This document shows, one piece after another, positions 8,818 through 16,381 of a DNA stretch of 20,751 nt. The notes under the pieces were generated by a model, which did not search any database, was not told where the DNA came from, and saw only the letters and a list, made by a program, of their open reading frames with translations. The first letter of the stretch is position 1; each line of letters opens with the position of its first letter. Made by a program: the position numbers and the translations under genes. Location of the stretch: positions 40,068-60,818 of the forward strand of contig JBBIUB010000004.1 of assembly GCA_037440465.1 (NCBI GenBank), read 5' to 3'. The stretch comes from Coprothermobacterota bacterium. Lineage in GTDB: Bacteria > Coprothermobacterota > HKB111.

Positions 8818-10214
8818 TTTATACTTTTACCTTCCACTCCTTCTCTTTGCAAGATTGCCCTTCCAGCCACCAGGCCTGATACTGCTGATTGTACCAATCC
8901 CCTTGTAATTCCTGCTCCATCTCCAGCAGCAAAAAGTCCTTCAATCTTAGTTTCCAGTTCGGGACTGAGGTCCATCCTGAGAGAGTAAAATTTAACTTCC
9001 ACTCCATAAAGGAGAGTGGGAGGAGAATACACACCAGGAGCCAGGCTATCAAATGCTTTGAGCATCTCCAATATATTAGTAAGATGCCTGTAAGGTAGGA
9101 CGAAACTCAAGTCACCAGGTGTAGCGCTCTCCAATGTGGGTGGAACCAGGGAATTTTTAATTCTATCTGTGGTAGAACGCCTACCCGATAACAAATCACC
9201 CAATCTTTGAACAATGATAGAGCCACCCAGAAGATTTGCCAGGCGAGCAATATAACGTCCATAGGTTATTGGATCTTTGAAGGGTTCTGTGAAGGTAGTG
9301 CTTACCAGGATGGCAAAATTGGTATTCCCGGTCTTTTTTTCTGCATAACTGTGACCGTTTACAGTAATGGTACCATCTGAGTATTCCTGAACCACTTCTC
9401 CATTTGGACACATACAGAAAGTTCTGACCTTGTCTTCAAAGGGTTTTGAATATCTTAGAAGTTTTACTTCATAGAAGATACTGGTTAACTTTTCCAGTAT
9501 GGGAGCTTCCACTTCTATCCTGAGCCCTACATCCACAGGATTTCTTTCCAGGGAAAGGTTCAGTCTTTTAGCTTCCTCTTGAACCCAACTTGAACCGTCT
9601 CTTCCGGGAGCAATAACCACATATTTACTTCTGAACTCCTCTCCCTTATCGCTGACTACTCCTTCTATTCTTCCATCTCTAACCAGAAGTTCTTTAGCTG
9701 TGGTACGGTCTCTGAAATCCAATCTACCGGTAAGGTGTTCTTCTATATTTGCTGACACTCTGTAAGCAAAGTCTGTTCCCATATGCCTGATTCGCATAGG
9801 GGTAAGTTTCATACCAGCTATGACAGCCTTTTTTTCCCATTCAAGAGAGTCTTCAGGGCTTGGGCTATATAGCCTTTCTACTGGAGCACCAAAATTAAGG
9901 TAGGTTTCGTCAACTTCACTAATCATTCCCTCCAGTTCTTCCCTGGAAAGATATTTAGCAAGGTGTCCTCCAACCTCTGGATTCAATGTCAACTTTCCAT
10001 CAGAGAAAGCCCCTGCTCCCCCGAAACCCGATAGAACAGCACAGGGTTTACAGAAGGAACACTTCTTTCCTTCTGTAAGTGGACAACTTCTTTTTTTAAT
10101 AGAAGGTCCTTTTTCTAAAAGAAGAATCTTAATTTGTGGAGCTTTTTTGGTAAGTTCCAGAGCACTAAAAATTCCACCAGGACCAGCTCCCACTATGATT
10201 ACATCATAGACCAC
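8814..10214 (-). CDS. Uncharacterised FAD-dependent oxidoreductase (COG2509-like) with an N-terminal Cys cluster
   Basis: Rossmann motif VIIVGAGPGG, Cys cluster CP..KCSFCKPC, GFGGAGAFSDGKL, RTFCMCPNGEV, VNGHS, YGVEVKFYS and GDGAGITRGL; GTG start overlaps the upstream gene. Confidence 0.88.
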   Translation of the reverse strand: MVYDVIIVGAGPGGIFSALELTKKAPQIKILLLEKGPSIKKRSCPLTEGKKCSFCKPCAVLSGFGGAGAFSDGKLTLNPEVGGHLAKYLSREELEGMISEVDETYLNFGAPVERLYSPSPEDSLEWEKKAVIAGMKLTPMRIRHMGTDFAYRVSANIEEHLTGRLDFRDRTTAKELLVRDGRIEGVVSDKGEEFRSKYVVIAPGRDGSSWVQEEAKRLNLSLERNPVDVGLRIEVEAPILEKLTSIFYEVKLLRYSKPFEDKVRTFCMCPNGEVVQEYSDGTITVNGHSYAEKKTGNTNFAILVSTTFTEPFKDPITYGRYIARLANLLGGSIIVQRLGDLLSGRRSTTDRIKNSLVPPTLESATPGDLSFVLPYRHLTNILEMLKAFDSLAPGVYSPPTLLYGVEVKFYSLRMDLSPELETKIEGLFAAGDGAGITRGLVQSAVSGLVAGRAILQREGVEGKSIK

Positions 10215-10647
10215 CTTCTATTTTCTCCTTAAGAGCCTTGAGCATTCCTTTGGCGTTGTCTGTTACCACTGATTTAGCTATAGGTCCAACGAAGGCTTCC
10301 AGCATGGGAACACCAATATCAAAAAATATTCTGAGCTCTACTTTATTCAAGCCTTCTTCAAGGGGTATTACTTTCCAGTGTCCCTCAAACTTAGAGATGT
10401 CACCTTTCACCAGTTGATAGTTAACAGTTAAATTCTCATCATCATAAACATCTTTCTCATCCCATCTTAGAGTAATGCCAGAAGCAGAAGTTGTCCAGCT
10501 AGAAACTACATAACCCACTCCCTGTTCAACTATCACTATCTTTTTCACAGCTTCCATGTATTGAGGATATGCCTCTACATCTTTGATAATTTCATATATC
10601 TTCTGTGGATCTCCCTTAATCTCTATACTTCCTAAAACTTCCGGCAT
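10204..10647 (-). CDS. SRPBCC/START-fold protein (polyketide cyclase/COQ10-like)
   Basis: SIEI...IYEIIKDVEAYPQYM, GDISKFEGHW and a C-terminal amphipathic helix ending MLKALKEKIE; 147 aa; SD AGGAGG. Confidence 0.85.
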   Translation of the reverse strand: MPEVLGSIEIKGDPQKIYEIIKDVEAYPQYMEAVKKIVIVEQGVGYVVSSWTTSASGITLRWDEKDVYDDENLTVNYQLVKGDISKFEGHWKVIPLEEGLNKVELRIFFDIGVPMLEAFVGPIAKSVVTDNAKGMLKALKEKIEGGL

Positions 10648-10648
10648 C

Positions 10649-11896
10649 TTAACCTCCTAAAACCAGGAATGCTTCCTCAACGGCTTTACGGAAGACTTCT
10701 CCTACCTTCTTAATCTCTTCTTCTTTTATAATGACAGGTGGTTCAAATCTTATAACACTTGGATTATTCAGGGTGTAAGCCACTACGACACCGTTCTCCA
10801 CCATTTTCATCATAACAGCACCTGCATAACCTGTCTCGTGAAACTCAACTCCCAATAGCAATCCCCTACCTCGTACTTCCTTAACCACATCTGGAAATAC
10901 TTCGGCTGTTTTTCTTAGTTCACTCTTCATAAGCTCTCCCTTCTCTTTAGCTTGTAGGGCGATATTCTCTTCTTCCAATAGTTTCAGAGCAGCCAGAGCT
11001 GCAGCGGTTGACAGGGGATTCCCTCCAAAGGTGGATGTGTGAATAAGCGGCATGGGTTCAAATACTTTCCATATTTCTGTCGTACTGATGAAGGCACCAA
11101 TGGGAAGAATACCTCCTCCCAGAGCCTTGGCTAAGACCATTATATCGGGTGTAACTCCTTCACTTTCCACGGCAAAATTGAATCCTGTTCTCCCCATACC
11201 GGTCTGGATTTCATCAGCAATAAAGAGAACTCCTTTCTCTTTTGTTATTTCCCTTACCTCCTTCAGATAACCAGAGGGAGGTATTATTACTCCACCCTCA
11301 CCCTGGATAGGTTCCACAATAAAAGCAGCTGTATCAGGTTTTATGACATCATGAAGAGCTTTTGAATCACCAAAAGGTATGAAGGTTACATCCTGTAAAA
11401 GAGGTTCAAAGGGTGCGCGATAAACTTCTCTACCTGTGATACTTAAAGCACCGATAGTCTTACCGTGAAAGGAGTTATGAGTCGCTATGATACCTGCTTT
11501 TTTAGTATAAAGACGAGCCAATTTAATGGCTCCTTCCACAGCTTCAGCACCGGAATTACCAAAGAAAGAATACTGCAAATCACCGGGGGTGAGTTTGGCT
11601 AATTTTTCAGATGCTTGTGCCAGAGGTTCATTCAAGAAAACTTTAGCTGAAAGGGGCATACGATTAAGTTGTTCAGTGACGGCTTTTATTATCCTTGGAT
11701 GACGATGTCCAAAGGTGAAAACTCCGTAACCACCAAGACAGTCCAGGAATACCCTACCTTCGTTATCATAAATGTAGCACCCTTCAGCCCTATCCTCTAT
11801 GTTGGCACAACCGGAAACTTTCAAAAGCCTGGCAAGTGAAGGGTTGAGGTAATTAAGATATTTCTCATATATCTCTTCTGCAACATTTTCTTTCAT
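10649..11896 (-). CDS. Class-III PLP-dependent aminotransferase (putrescine aminotransferase/ArgD-like)
   Basis: [65 protein letters not shown] (PLP lysine) and [19 protein letters not shown]. Confidence 0.92.
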   Translation of the reverse strand: MKENVAEEIYEKYLNYLNPSLARLLKVSGCANIEDRAEGCYIYDNEGRVFLDCLGGYGVFTFGHRHPRIIKAVTEQLNRMPLSAKVFLNEPLAQASEKLAKLTPGDLQYSFFGNSGAEAVEGAIKLARLYTKKAGIIATHNSFHGKTIGALSITGREVYRAPFEPLLQDVTFIPFGDSKALHDVIKPDTAAFIVEPIQGEGGVIIPPSGYLKEVREITKEKGVLFIADEIQTGMGRTGFNFAVESEGVTPDIMVLAKALGGGILPIGAFISTTEIWKVFEPMPLIHTSTFGGNPLSTAAALAALKLLEEENIALQAKEKGELMKSELRKTAEVFPDVVKEVRGRGLLLGVEFHETGYAGAVMMKMVENGVVVAYTLNNPSVIRFEPPVIIKEEEIKKVGEVFRKAVEEAFLVLGG

Positions 11897-11918
11897 TTTT
11901 TACCTCCTTAAGGAAGGA

Positions 11919-11960
11919 AACATCCTCTGTTGTATAATGTTTTTTATCAACAGAGGTGTT
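11919..11960 (-). terminator. Long hairpin between the tRNA-Pro 3' end and the aminotransferase RBS (weak terminator or processing stem)
   Basis: AACATCCTCTGTTG (11919-11932) is complementary to CAACAGAGGTGTT (11948-11960) with one bulge; only a poor U-tract follows on the minus strand. Confidence 0.55.
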
Positions 11961-11972
11961 GTAATTTCTTTA

Positions 11973-12049
11973 TGGTCGGGGCGGGCAGACTCGAACTGCC
12001 GACCGCTCGCACCCCAAACGAGTGCGCTACCAGACTGCGCCACGCCCCG
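11973..12049 (-). tRNA. tRNA-Pro (anticodon GGG), CCA encoded
   Basis: Minus strand reads CGGGGCG TG GCGC AGTCTGGTA GCGC A CTCGT TTGGGGT GCGAG CGGTC GGCAG TTCGAGT CTGCC CGCCCCG ACCA: a complete 77-nt cloverleaf. Confidence 0.96.
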
Positions 12050-12063
12050 ACTTATGCGACTTT

Positions 12064-12072
12064 ATTATAACA
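12064..12072 (-). promoter_or_regulatory. Extended -10 promoter (TG-T-TATAAT) for tRNA-Pro
   Basis: Minus-strand TGTTATAAT ends 14 nt upstream of the tRNA 5' end. Confidence 0.65.
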
Positions 12073-12178
12073 CACCCCCCACCTCCTCTTATAAACCTCC
12101 TTCTCATCCCTGATTTGTGATATGTGATGAGTGCCAGGTGATAGGTGGAGGAGATGGGAGGAGGTAGGAGGAGAGGGA
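12071..12178. repeat. Dispersed intergenic repeat copy 1, with 7-nt periodicity and complementary pyrimidine-rich/purine-rich arms
   Basis: Core 12110-12152 matches 20151-20193 at 34/43 positions without gaps; heptads TGATTTG TGATATG TGATGAG TGCCAGG TGATAGG. Confidence 0.7.
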
Positions 12179-12181
12179 TTA

Positions 12182-12210
12182 TTGAAAGTTTTCAGAATAT
12201 GGCTTATAAT
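12182..12210 (+). promoter_or_regulatory. Sigma70-type promoter TTGAAA-N17-TATAAT for the lapA-like/mazG/eno unit
   Basis: TTGAAA at 12182-12187, 17-nt spacer, TATAAT at 12205-12210; SD AAGGAGGT before ATG 12255. Confidence 0.75.
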
Positions 12211-12254
12211 TAGATAGCAATTAACTAATAAGGCTTAAAAGGAGGTAAAGAAAT

Positions 12255-12665
12255 ATGGGTCGTTATATAATCTTTGGCCTTATCTTGGCTTTGTTGGGTG
12301 CTATCCTGGCTCTCAACAATACCAGTGAAGTAGAAATTAACCTTCCTTTTACCAAAGGAATCGAGACTACTGTTGCTCGTATCTTGGTAGGTTCAGGGTT
12401 AGCTCTTCTGGTATCCCTTATTCTACTAGGTATAATTGATTACTTTTCTCGACTATCTCTTATCGCAACCTTCAAAGAGAAATTCATTGAAAAGGAAAAA
12501 GTATTCAAGTCTCAAATTGAAGAGTTAGAATGGGAAATTAGTGGTCTAAAAAATGATTTGATTAGAGCAAAGGAAGAGTTAAAAAAGACACAAGAAGAAC
12601 TTTCGCGGATAAAGGATGCAAAAAAAGAGGGCACAGAGAGGTCAGAATCATATTTCCCACGGTAA
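12255..12665 (+). CDS. LapA-family (DUF1049-like) membrane protein with a C-terminal coiled coil
   Basis: N-terminal hydrophobic helix ending LALNN...VEINLPF, a second hydrophobic helix, then a charged heptad region; strong SD. Confidence 0.65.
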   Translation: MGRYIIFGLILALLGAILALNNTSEVEINLPFTKGIETTVARILVGSGLALLVSLILLGIIDYFSRLSLIATFKEKFIEKEKVFKSQIEELEWEISGLKNDLIRAKEELKKTQEELSRIKDAKKEGTERSESYFPR

Positions 12666-12802
12666 TACACTGGTTAATTGATGGTGTTTTAGCCTTCGGT
12701 TTCTCTGTTCATCAGGAAGGAAGTGAAGGTAATTTAAGGAAGTTCCTTTTTGAAGAATTTTACCCTTCTCCAGACAATCTGGAGAAGTTTTTCTCTGTAA
12801 TC

Positions 12803-13828
12803 TTGCAGAATATTGATAAAGGAAATTATCCACTTTATATAACTACTAATAAAGACCCTTCTCTTCTGGCTCCTTTTCTGAGTTACTTTCTTCAGAAGGT
12901 TGGTTATACTCCTGAGCGTGCTGCTCTCGTTTTAAAGGAAGCTGCTCCTGATTTTTTCCCGGATGATATTATTTTTGCAGATAACTCAATTTTTAAAACA
13001 ACCTTTAATTTTGAAATCCAAAAAACACACCCAACAATAACAGGCTCTCTTTTGTCTCTTTATTTACTAATAAAAACTCTGAGAAGCCGTTGCCCCTGGG
13101 ATAAATCCCTAACTCCGGAAGGTCTTCTCCCACTAACCTGGGAAGAAGTTTCTGAGTTGTGGCAATCAGTAAAAACTGGAGAAACTCCTGAGATAAAAGA
13201 GGAACTTGGTGATGTTTTTCTTCATATACTCCTTCACATTGCCATGTTAGAAGAAAAAAAGGCTTTTGCTGAGGGTGTTTCAGGCACAGCTGAAGTAATA
13301 TCTGGTCTAACAGATAAAATTGTCAGGCGCCATCCTCATGTCTTTGCTGGAGAAAGAGCCGAAAACCCCGCAGAAGCCATTAACACCTGGGAAAGGAATA
13401 AGACCAGAGAAAAAAATGCTATCACAGCAAAAAATAACCTTCTTTCCTTAGAAAGTGAAGGCGGTCTCTCTGCTCTGGTAAACGCTAAACGGATACAGGA
13501 GATTGCCCGGAAAAGAGGCTTTGATTTCAAAGATGCTGAAGATGTTTTCCTCAAAGTAGAGGAAGAACTTCAGGAGCTCAAAGGCAGTCTAAAAGAAGGT
13601 GGTAGGGTAGATAAAGAATTAGGAGATTTGCTTTTCAGTATTGTTAACCTTAGTCGTCATCTAAATATTGACCCAGAAGGTGCTTTAAGAGATTCCACAA
13701 ATAAATTTAAAAATCGTTTTAAAAAAATGAATGAAATTGTAAATGACCATGGCGTTGTTTTAAACCCTTATGAATTGGACCCACTTTGGGAAGAGATAAA
13801 AAATTGTGAAAAGGAGGAACAATCGTGA
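12803..13828 (+). CDS. mazG: Nucleoside triphosphate pyrophosphohydrolase MazG (two MazG domains) with an N-terminal extension; true start probably upstream (~12650)
   Basis: LRSRCPWD, EELGDVFLHI, KIVRRHPHVF, KVEEELQEL, ELGDLLFSIVNLSR and IDPEGALR...KFKNRF. The TTG at 12803 has no well-spaced SD and the frame is open from 12566. Confidence 0.88.
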   Translation: MQNIDKGNYPLYITTNKDPSLLAPFLSYFLQKVGYTPERAALVLKEAAPDFFPDDIIFADNSIFKTTFNFEIQKTHPTITGSLLSLYLLIKTLRSRCPWDKSLTPEGLLPLTWEEVSELWQSVKTGETPEIKEELGDVFLHILLHIAMLEEKKAFAEGVSGTAEVISGLTDKIVRRHPHVFAGERAENPAEAINTWERNKTREKNAITAKNNLLSLESEGGLSALVNAKRIQEIARKRGFDFKDAEDVFLKVEEELQELKGSLKEGGRVDKELGDLLFSIVNLSRHLNIDPEGALRDSTNKFKNRFKKMNEIVNDHGVVLNPYELDPLWEEIKNCEKEEQS

Positions 13829-15081
13829 GTGAAATAATCAGTGTTAAGGGAATAGAAGTTCTGGATAGCCGCGGTAACCCCACTGTAGAAGGGGTTGTAG
13901 AGCTTGAAGATGGTACTACGGGCACTTTTTTAGTACCTTCAGGTGCTTCCACAGGAGAACACGAAGCATTAGAGCTAAGAGATGGAGATAAAGAAAGATA
14001 CCAGGGTAAGGGCGTTCTTAAAGCCATAAAAAACATAGAGGAGGTGATTTCACCTGCGCTTATTGGCCAAGACTCTTTGAACCAAAAAGAGATTGATGAG
14101 TTGCTTCTAACTCTGGACGGAACCCCTAATAAAAGTAAGCTGGGAGCAAATGCCATCCTGGCAATATCGGGAGCCACTCTTAAGGCTGGAGCAAACTATT
14201 CAGGTTTTCCCCTATATCGGTATCTCGGTGGAGTTTATGGTTCTACTTTACCAATTCCCTATCTCAACCTGATAAATGGCGGAAGGCATGCTGATAACAA
14301 CCTTGACGTGCAGGAGTTTATGGTTGTTCCAGTAAGATTTAAAAGCTTCAAAGAAGCCCTGAGGGCAGCAGTAGAAATATATGGAATCTTACGTACCATT
14401 TTGAAGGAGAAAAAAGAGATAGTTAGTGTTGGAGACGAGGGAGGTTTCGCCCCCAAACTTTCTTCCACCGAGGAGGCTTTAAAAGTTCTTCTGGAAGCAA
14501 TTTCCAACAGTCAGTATAAAGTTGGGGATTCTATATTCCTTGCACTGGATGTGGCAGCTTCTGAATTTTACAAAGATGGTAAGTATCACTTTCAGGGGAA
14601 GAACTGGACCTCTGAAGACCTGATCTACTACTATGAGGACTTAGCCTATCAGTATCCTTTATTCTCTTTGGAGGACCCCTTGGGAGAAAATGACTTTGAA
14701 GGCTGGGAATTCTTAACTGAAAGACTCGGTAAGAAGATTCAGCTTGTAGGTGACGATTTATTTGTTACCAACCCAATGAGAATAAAAGAAGGCATTAAAA
14801 GAGGAGCGGCTAATAGCGTTCTCATAAAAGCCAACCAGATAGGCACGATAACCGAAACCCTGGAAGCTATAAAAACAGCTCAGAAAGTAGGATACAAGAC
14901 TATAATATCTCACCGTTCAGGAGAAGGCGAAGAAACTTTTATTTCCCACTTAGCTGTGGCTGTTAATGCTGAAGGAATTAAAGCAGGAGCACCTTCCAGA
15001 GGAGAGCGAACCCTTAAATATAATGAACTTTTAAGAATAGAAGTAGAGAGCGGATTCTCTTATTACGGAATTAAGAGCTAA
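13825..15081 (+). CDS. eno: Enolase
   Basis: LDSRGNPTVE, VPSGASTG, GANAIL, GDEGGFAP, VGDDLFVTN, KANQIGT and SHRSGE motifs; GTG start with SD AAGGAGG. Confidence 0.97.
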   Translation: MSEIISVKGIEVLDSRGNPTVEGVVELEDGTTGTFLVPSGASTGEHEALELRDGDKERYQGKGVLKAIKNIEEVISPALIGQDSLNQKEIDELLLTLDGTPNKSKLGANAILAISGATLKAGANYSGFPLYRYLGGVYGSTLPIPYLNLINGGRHADNNLDVQEFMVVPVRFKSFKEALRAAVEIYGILRTILKEKKEIVSVGDEGGFAPKLSSTEEALKVLLEAISNSQYKVGDSIFLALDVAASEFYKDGKYHFQGKNWTSEDLIYYYEDLAYQYPLFSLEDPLGENDFEGWEFLTERLGKKIQLVGDDLFVTNPMRIKEGIKRGAANSVLIKANQIGTITETLEAIKTAQKVGYKTIISHRSGEGEETFISHLAVAVNAEGIKAGAPSRGERTLKYNELLRIEVESGFSYYGIKS

Positions 15082-15098
15082 AAATCCAACATTAAGGT

Positions 15099-15617
15099 AT
15101 GACAAGCGACAGGGCAACAGAAATAATAACAGAATATCTCCCACTAATTTACTCTGTAGCTCTAAAAGTAGTAAGGGATAGAGATAGAGCAGAGGATGTG
15201 ACTCAGGAAGTCTGTATTAAAATTTGCTCCGGTCTTGCCCGATTCAAGGGAGAATCCAGCTTGAAGACATGGATATATCGCATAACGGTGAATGCTGGTC
15301 TGGACTTCCTGAGAAAAACGAGAGCCTTTAGAGAGGCCTCTTTTATCTCTTATGAAGATAAAGAAATAGAATGGGAGGATAATTCTCCTTCCTTATACGA
15401 CATCATTGACGAGGAACACTTAAGACAGAGAGTGAGAGAAAAAGTAATGGAGCTTCCTCTGGACTTCAGATTACCCTTACTTATGAGAGATGTTGATGGA
15501 TTGTCCTATGAAGAGATAAGTGAGGTCCTGAGAGTGCCTGTGGGAACGGTAAAATCCAGAATACACCGTGGAAGAAATCTTTTGAGAAATATGCTCTTAA
15601 CAAATTTGGGAACCTGA
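15099..15617 (+). CDS. ECF-family RNA polymerase sigma factor (SigW/RpoE-like)
   Basis: Region 2 AEDVTQEV...FKGESSLKTWIYRITVN...DFLRK and region 4 GLSYEEISEVLRVPVGTVKSRIHRGR. Confidence 0.93.
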   Translation: MTSDRATEIITEYLPLIYSVALKVVRDRDRAEDVTQEVCIKICSGLARFKGESSLKTWIYRITVNAGLDFLRKTRAFREASFISYEDKEIEWEDNSPSLYDIIDEEHLRQRVREKVMELPLDFRLPLLMRDVDGLSYEEISEVLRVPVGTVKSRIHRGRNLLRNMLLTNLGT

Positions 15618-15637
15618 TAGGGTAAGACATCGTCTAA
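15609..15637 (+). promoter_or_regulatory. ECF-type promoter GGAACC-N16-CGTCTAA upstream of the anti-sigma gene
   Basis: GGAACC at 15609-15614 (last codons of the sigma gene) and CGTCTAA at 15631-15637 match the AAC/CGT ECF promoter pattern. Confidence 0.7.
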
Positions 15638-15643
15638 AGAGTA

Positions 15644-16300
15644 ATGAATATGAAAAATTGTAACGAATATTTTAAAGACATATCTCAACTTTTAGACAAC
15701 GAGCTTCCACCTGAAAGGGAGAAAGAACTTAAAAAACATTTAGAAACCTGCCATCGTTGTGAAAGGTTTTTCAGAGAGATGACTCTCCTAACATCTTATT
15801 TAAAAGGTATTCCTCAGGAAGAATTACCTGCAAATCTTACTTTTAAAGTTATGAAAGCCATCCAAAGAAAAAAAGAGGGGAAACGAGCTTTTAACCTAAG
15901 GTGGGGGACAATTCTCGGCTTATCCTTAATTCTCATATTTGCAGTATCATCTTACATTAAACCCCTTGAAGAATCAACCCAACTTATGGACACAGCTACT
16001 CGCCTTAAGGAAGGAAGTAAGGAAAGCACTACTTTGACTTCTGGCAGAAAGGTTAAAACCATGAAAGTAAACTCTTTACAGGAATCATCAAAAATTCTGG
16101 AAGACCTCCTGATAGAGTTTCCCGAAATTACCCTGGAGAAAAAAGAGGTAAAAGAAAATGAGATATCATACTTCATTACTATTACAGCTCCTTCAGAAGA
16201 ATCAGCTTTATTAACAGAAAAACTCGTGTCAGAGCTGGAAAAAGGGGTATATAGCTTGCAAAATGATTCTGGTATAATTTATCTTTATATAAAGGAGTAA
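15644..16300 (+). CDS. Zinc-binding (zf-HC2/ZAS) transmembrane anti-sigma factor
   Basis: C...ISQLLDNEL...HLETCHRC (HxxxCxxC), a single TM segment (WGTILGLSLILIFAVSSYI) and an extracytoplasmic C-terminal domain; directly follows the ECF sigma. Alternative ATG at 15650. Confidence 0.9.
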   Translation: MNMKNCNEYFKDISQLLDNELPPEREKELKKHLETCHRCERFFREMTLLTSYLKGIPQEELPANLTFKVMKAIQRKKEGKRAFNLRWGTILGLSLILIFAVSSYIKPLEESTQLMDTATRLKEGSKESTTLTSGRKVKTMKVNSLQESSKILEDLLIEFPEITLEKKEVKENEISYFITITAPSEESALLTEKLVSELEKGVYSLQNDSGIIYLYIKE

Positions 16301-16343
16301 ATGAAATTAGTAGAGGTTCCTTGAATCCTATTTTTCAAATGAA

Positions 16344-16352
16344 TGATAGAAT
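16344..16352 (+). promoter_or_regulatory. Putative extended -10 promoter (TG-A-TAGAAT) for the phoH operon
   Basis: TGATAGAAT lies about 17 nt upstream of SD AAGGAG (16369-16374). Confidence 0.45.
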
Positions 16353-16381
16353 AATTTTATAAAAGGTAAAGGAGATATGAA

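Noticed and set aside
11973..12049. tRNA-Pro as an integration site for a genomic island
   Set aside because: No integrase and no duplicated tRNA 3' end were seen; flanking genes look chromosomal.
12803..13828. MazG as an anti-phage or toxin-antitoxin component
   Set aside because: It is a two-domain housekeeping-type MazG next to eno, with no toxin or defence genes nearby.
16295..16320. Second ECF promoter on the minus strand (GGAACC at 16320-16315)
   Set aside because: No CGT-containing -10 element at the expected spacing.
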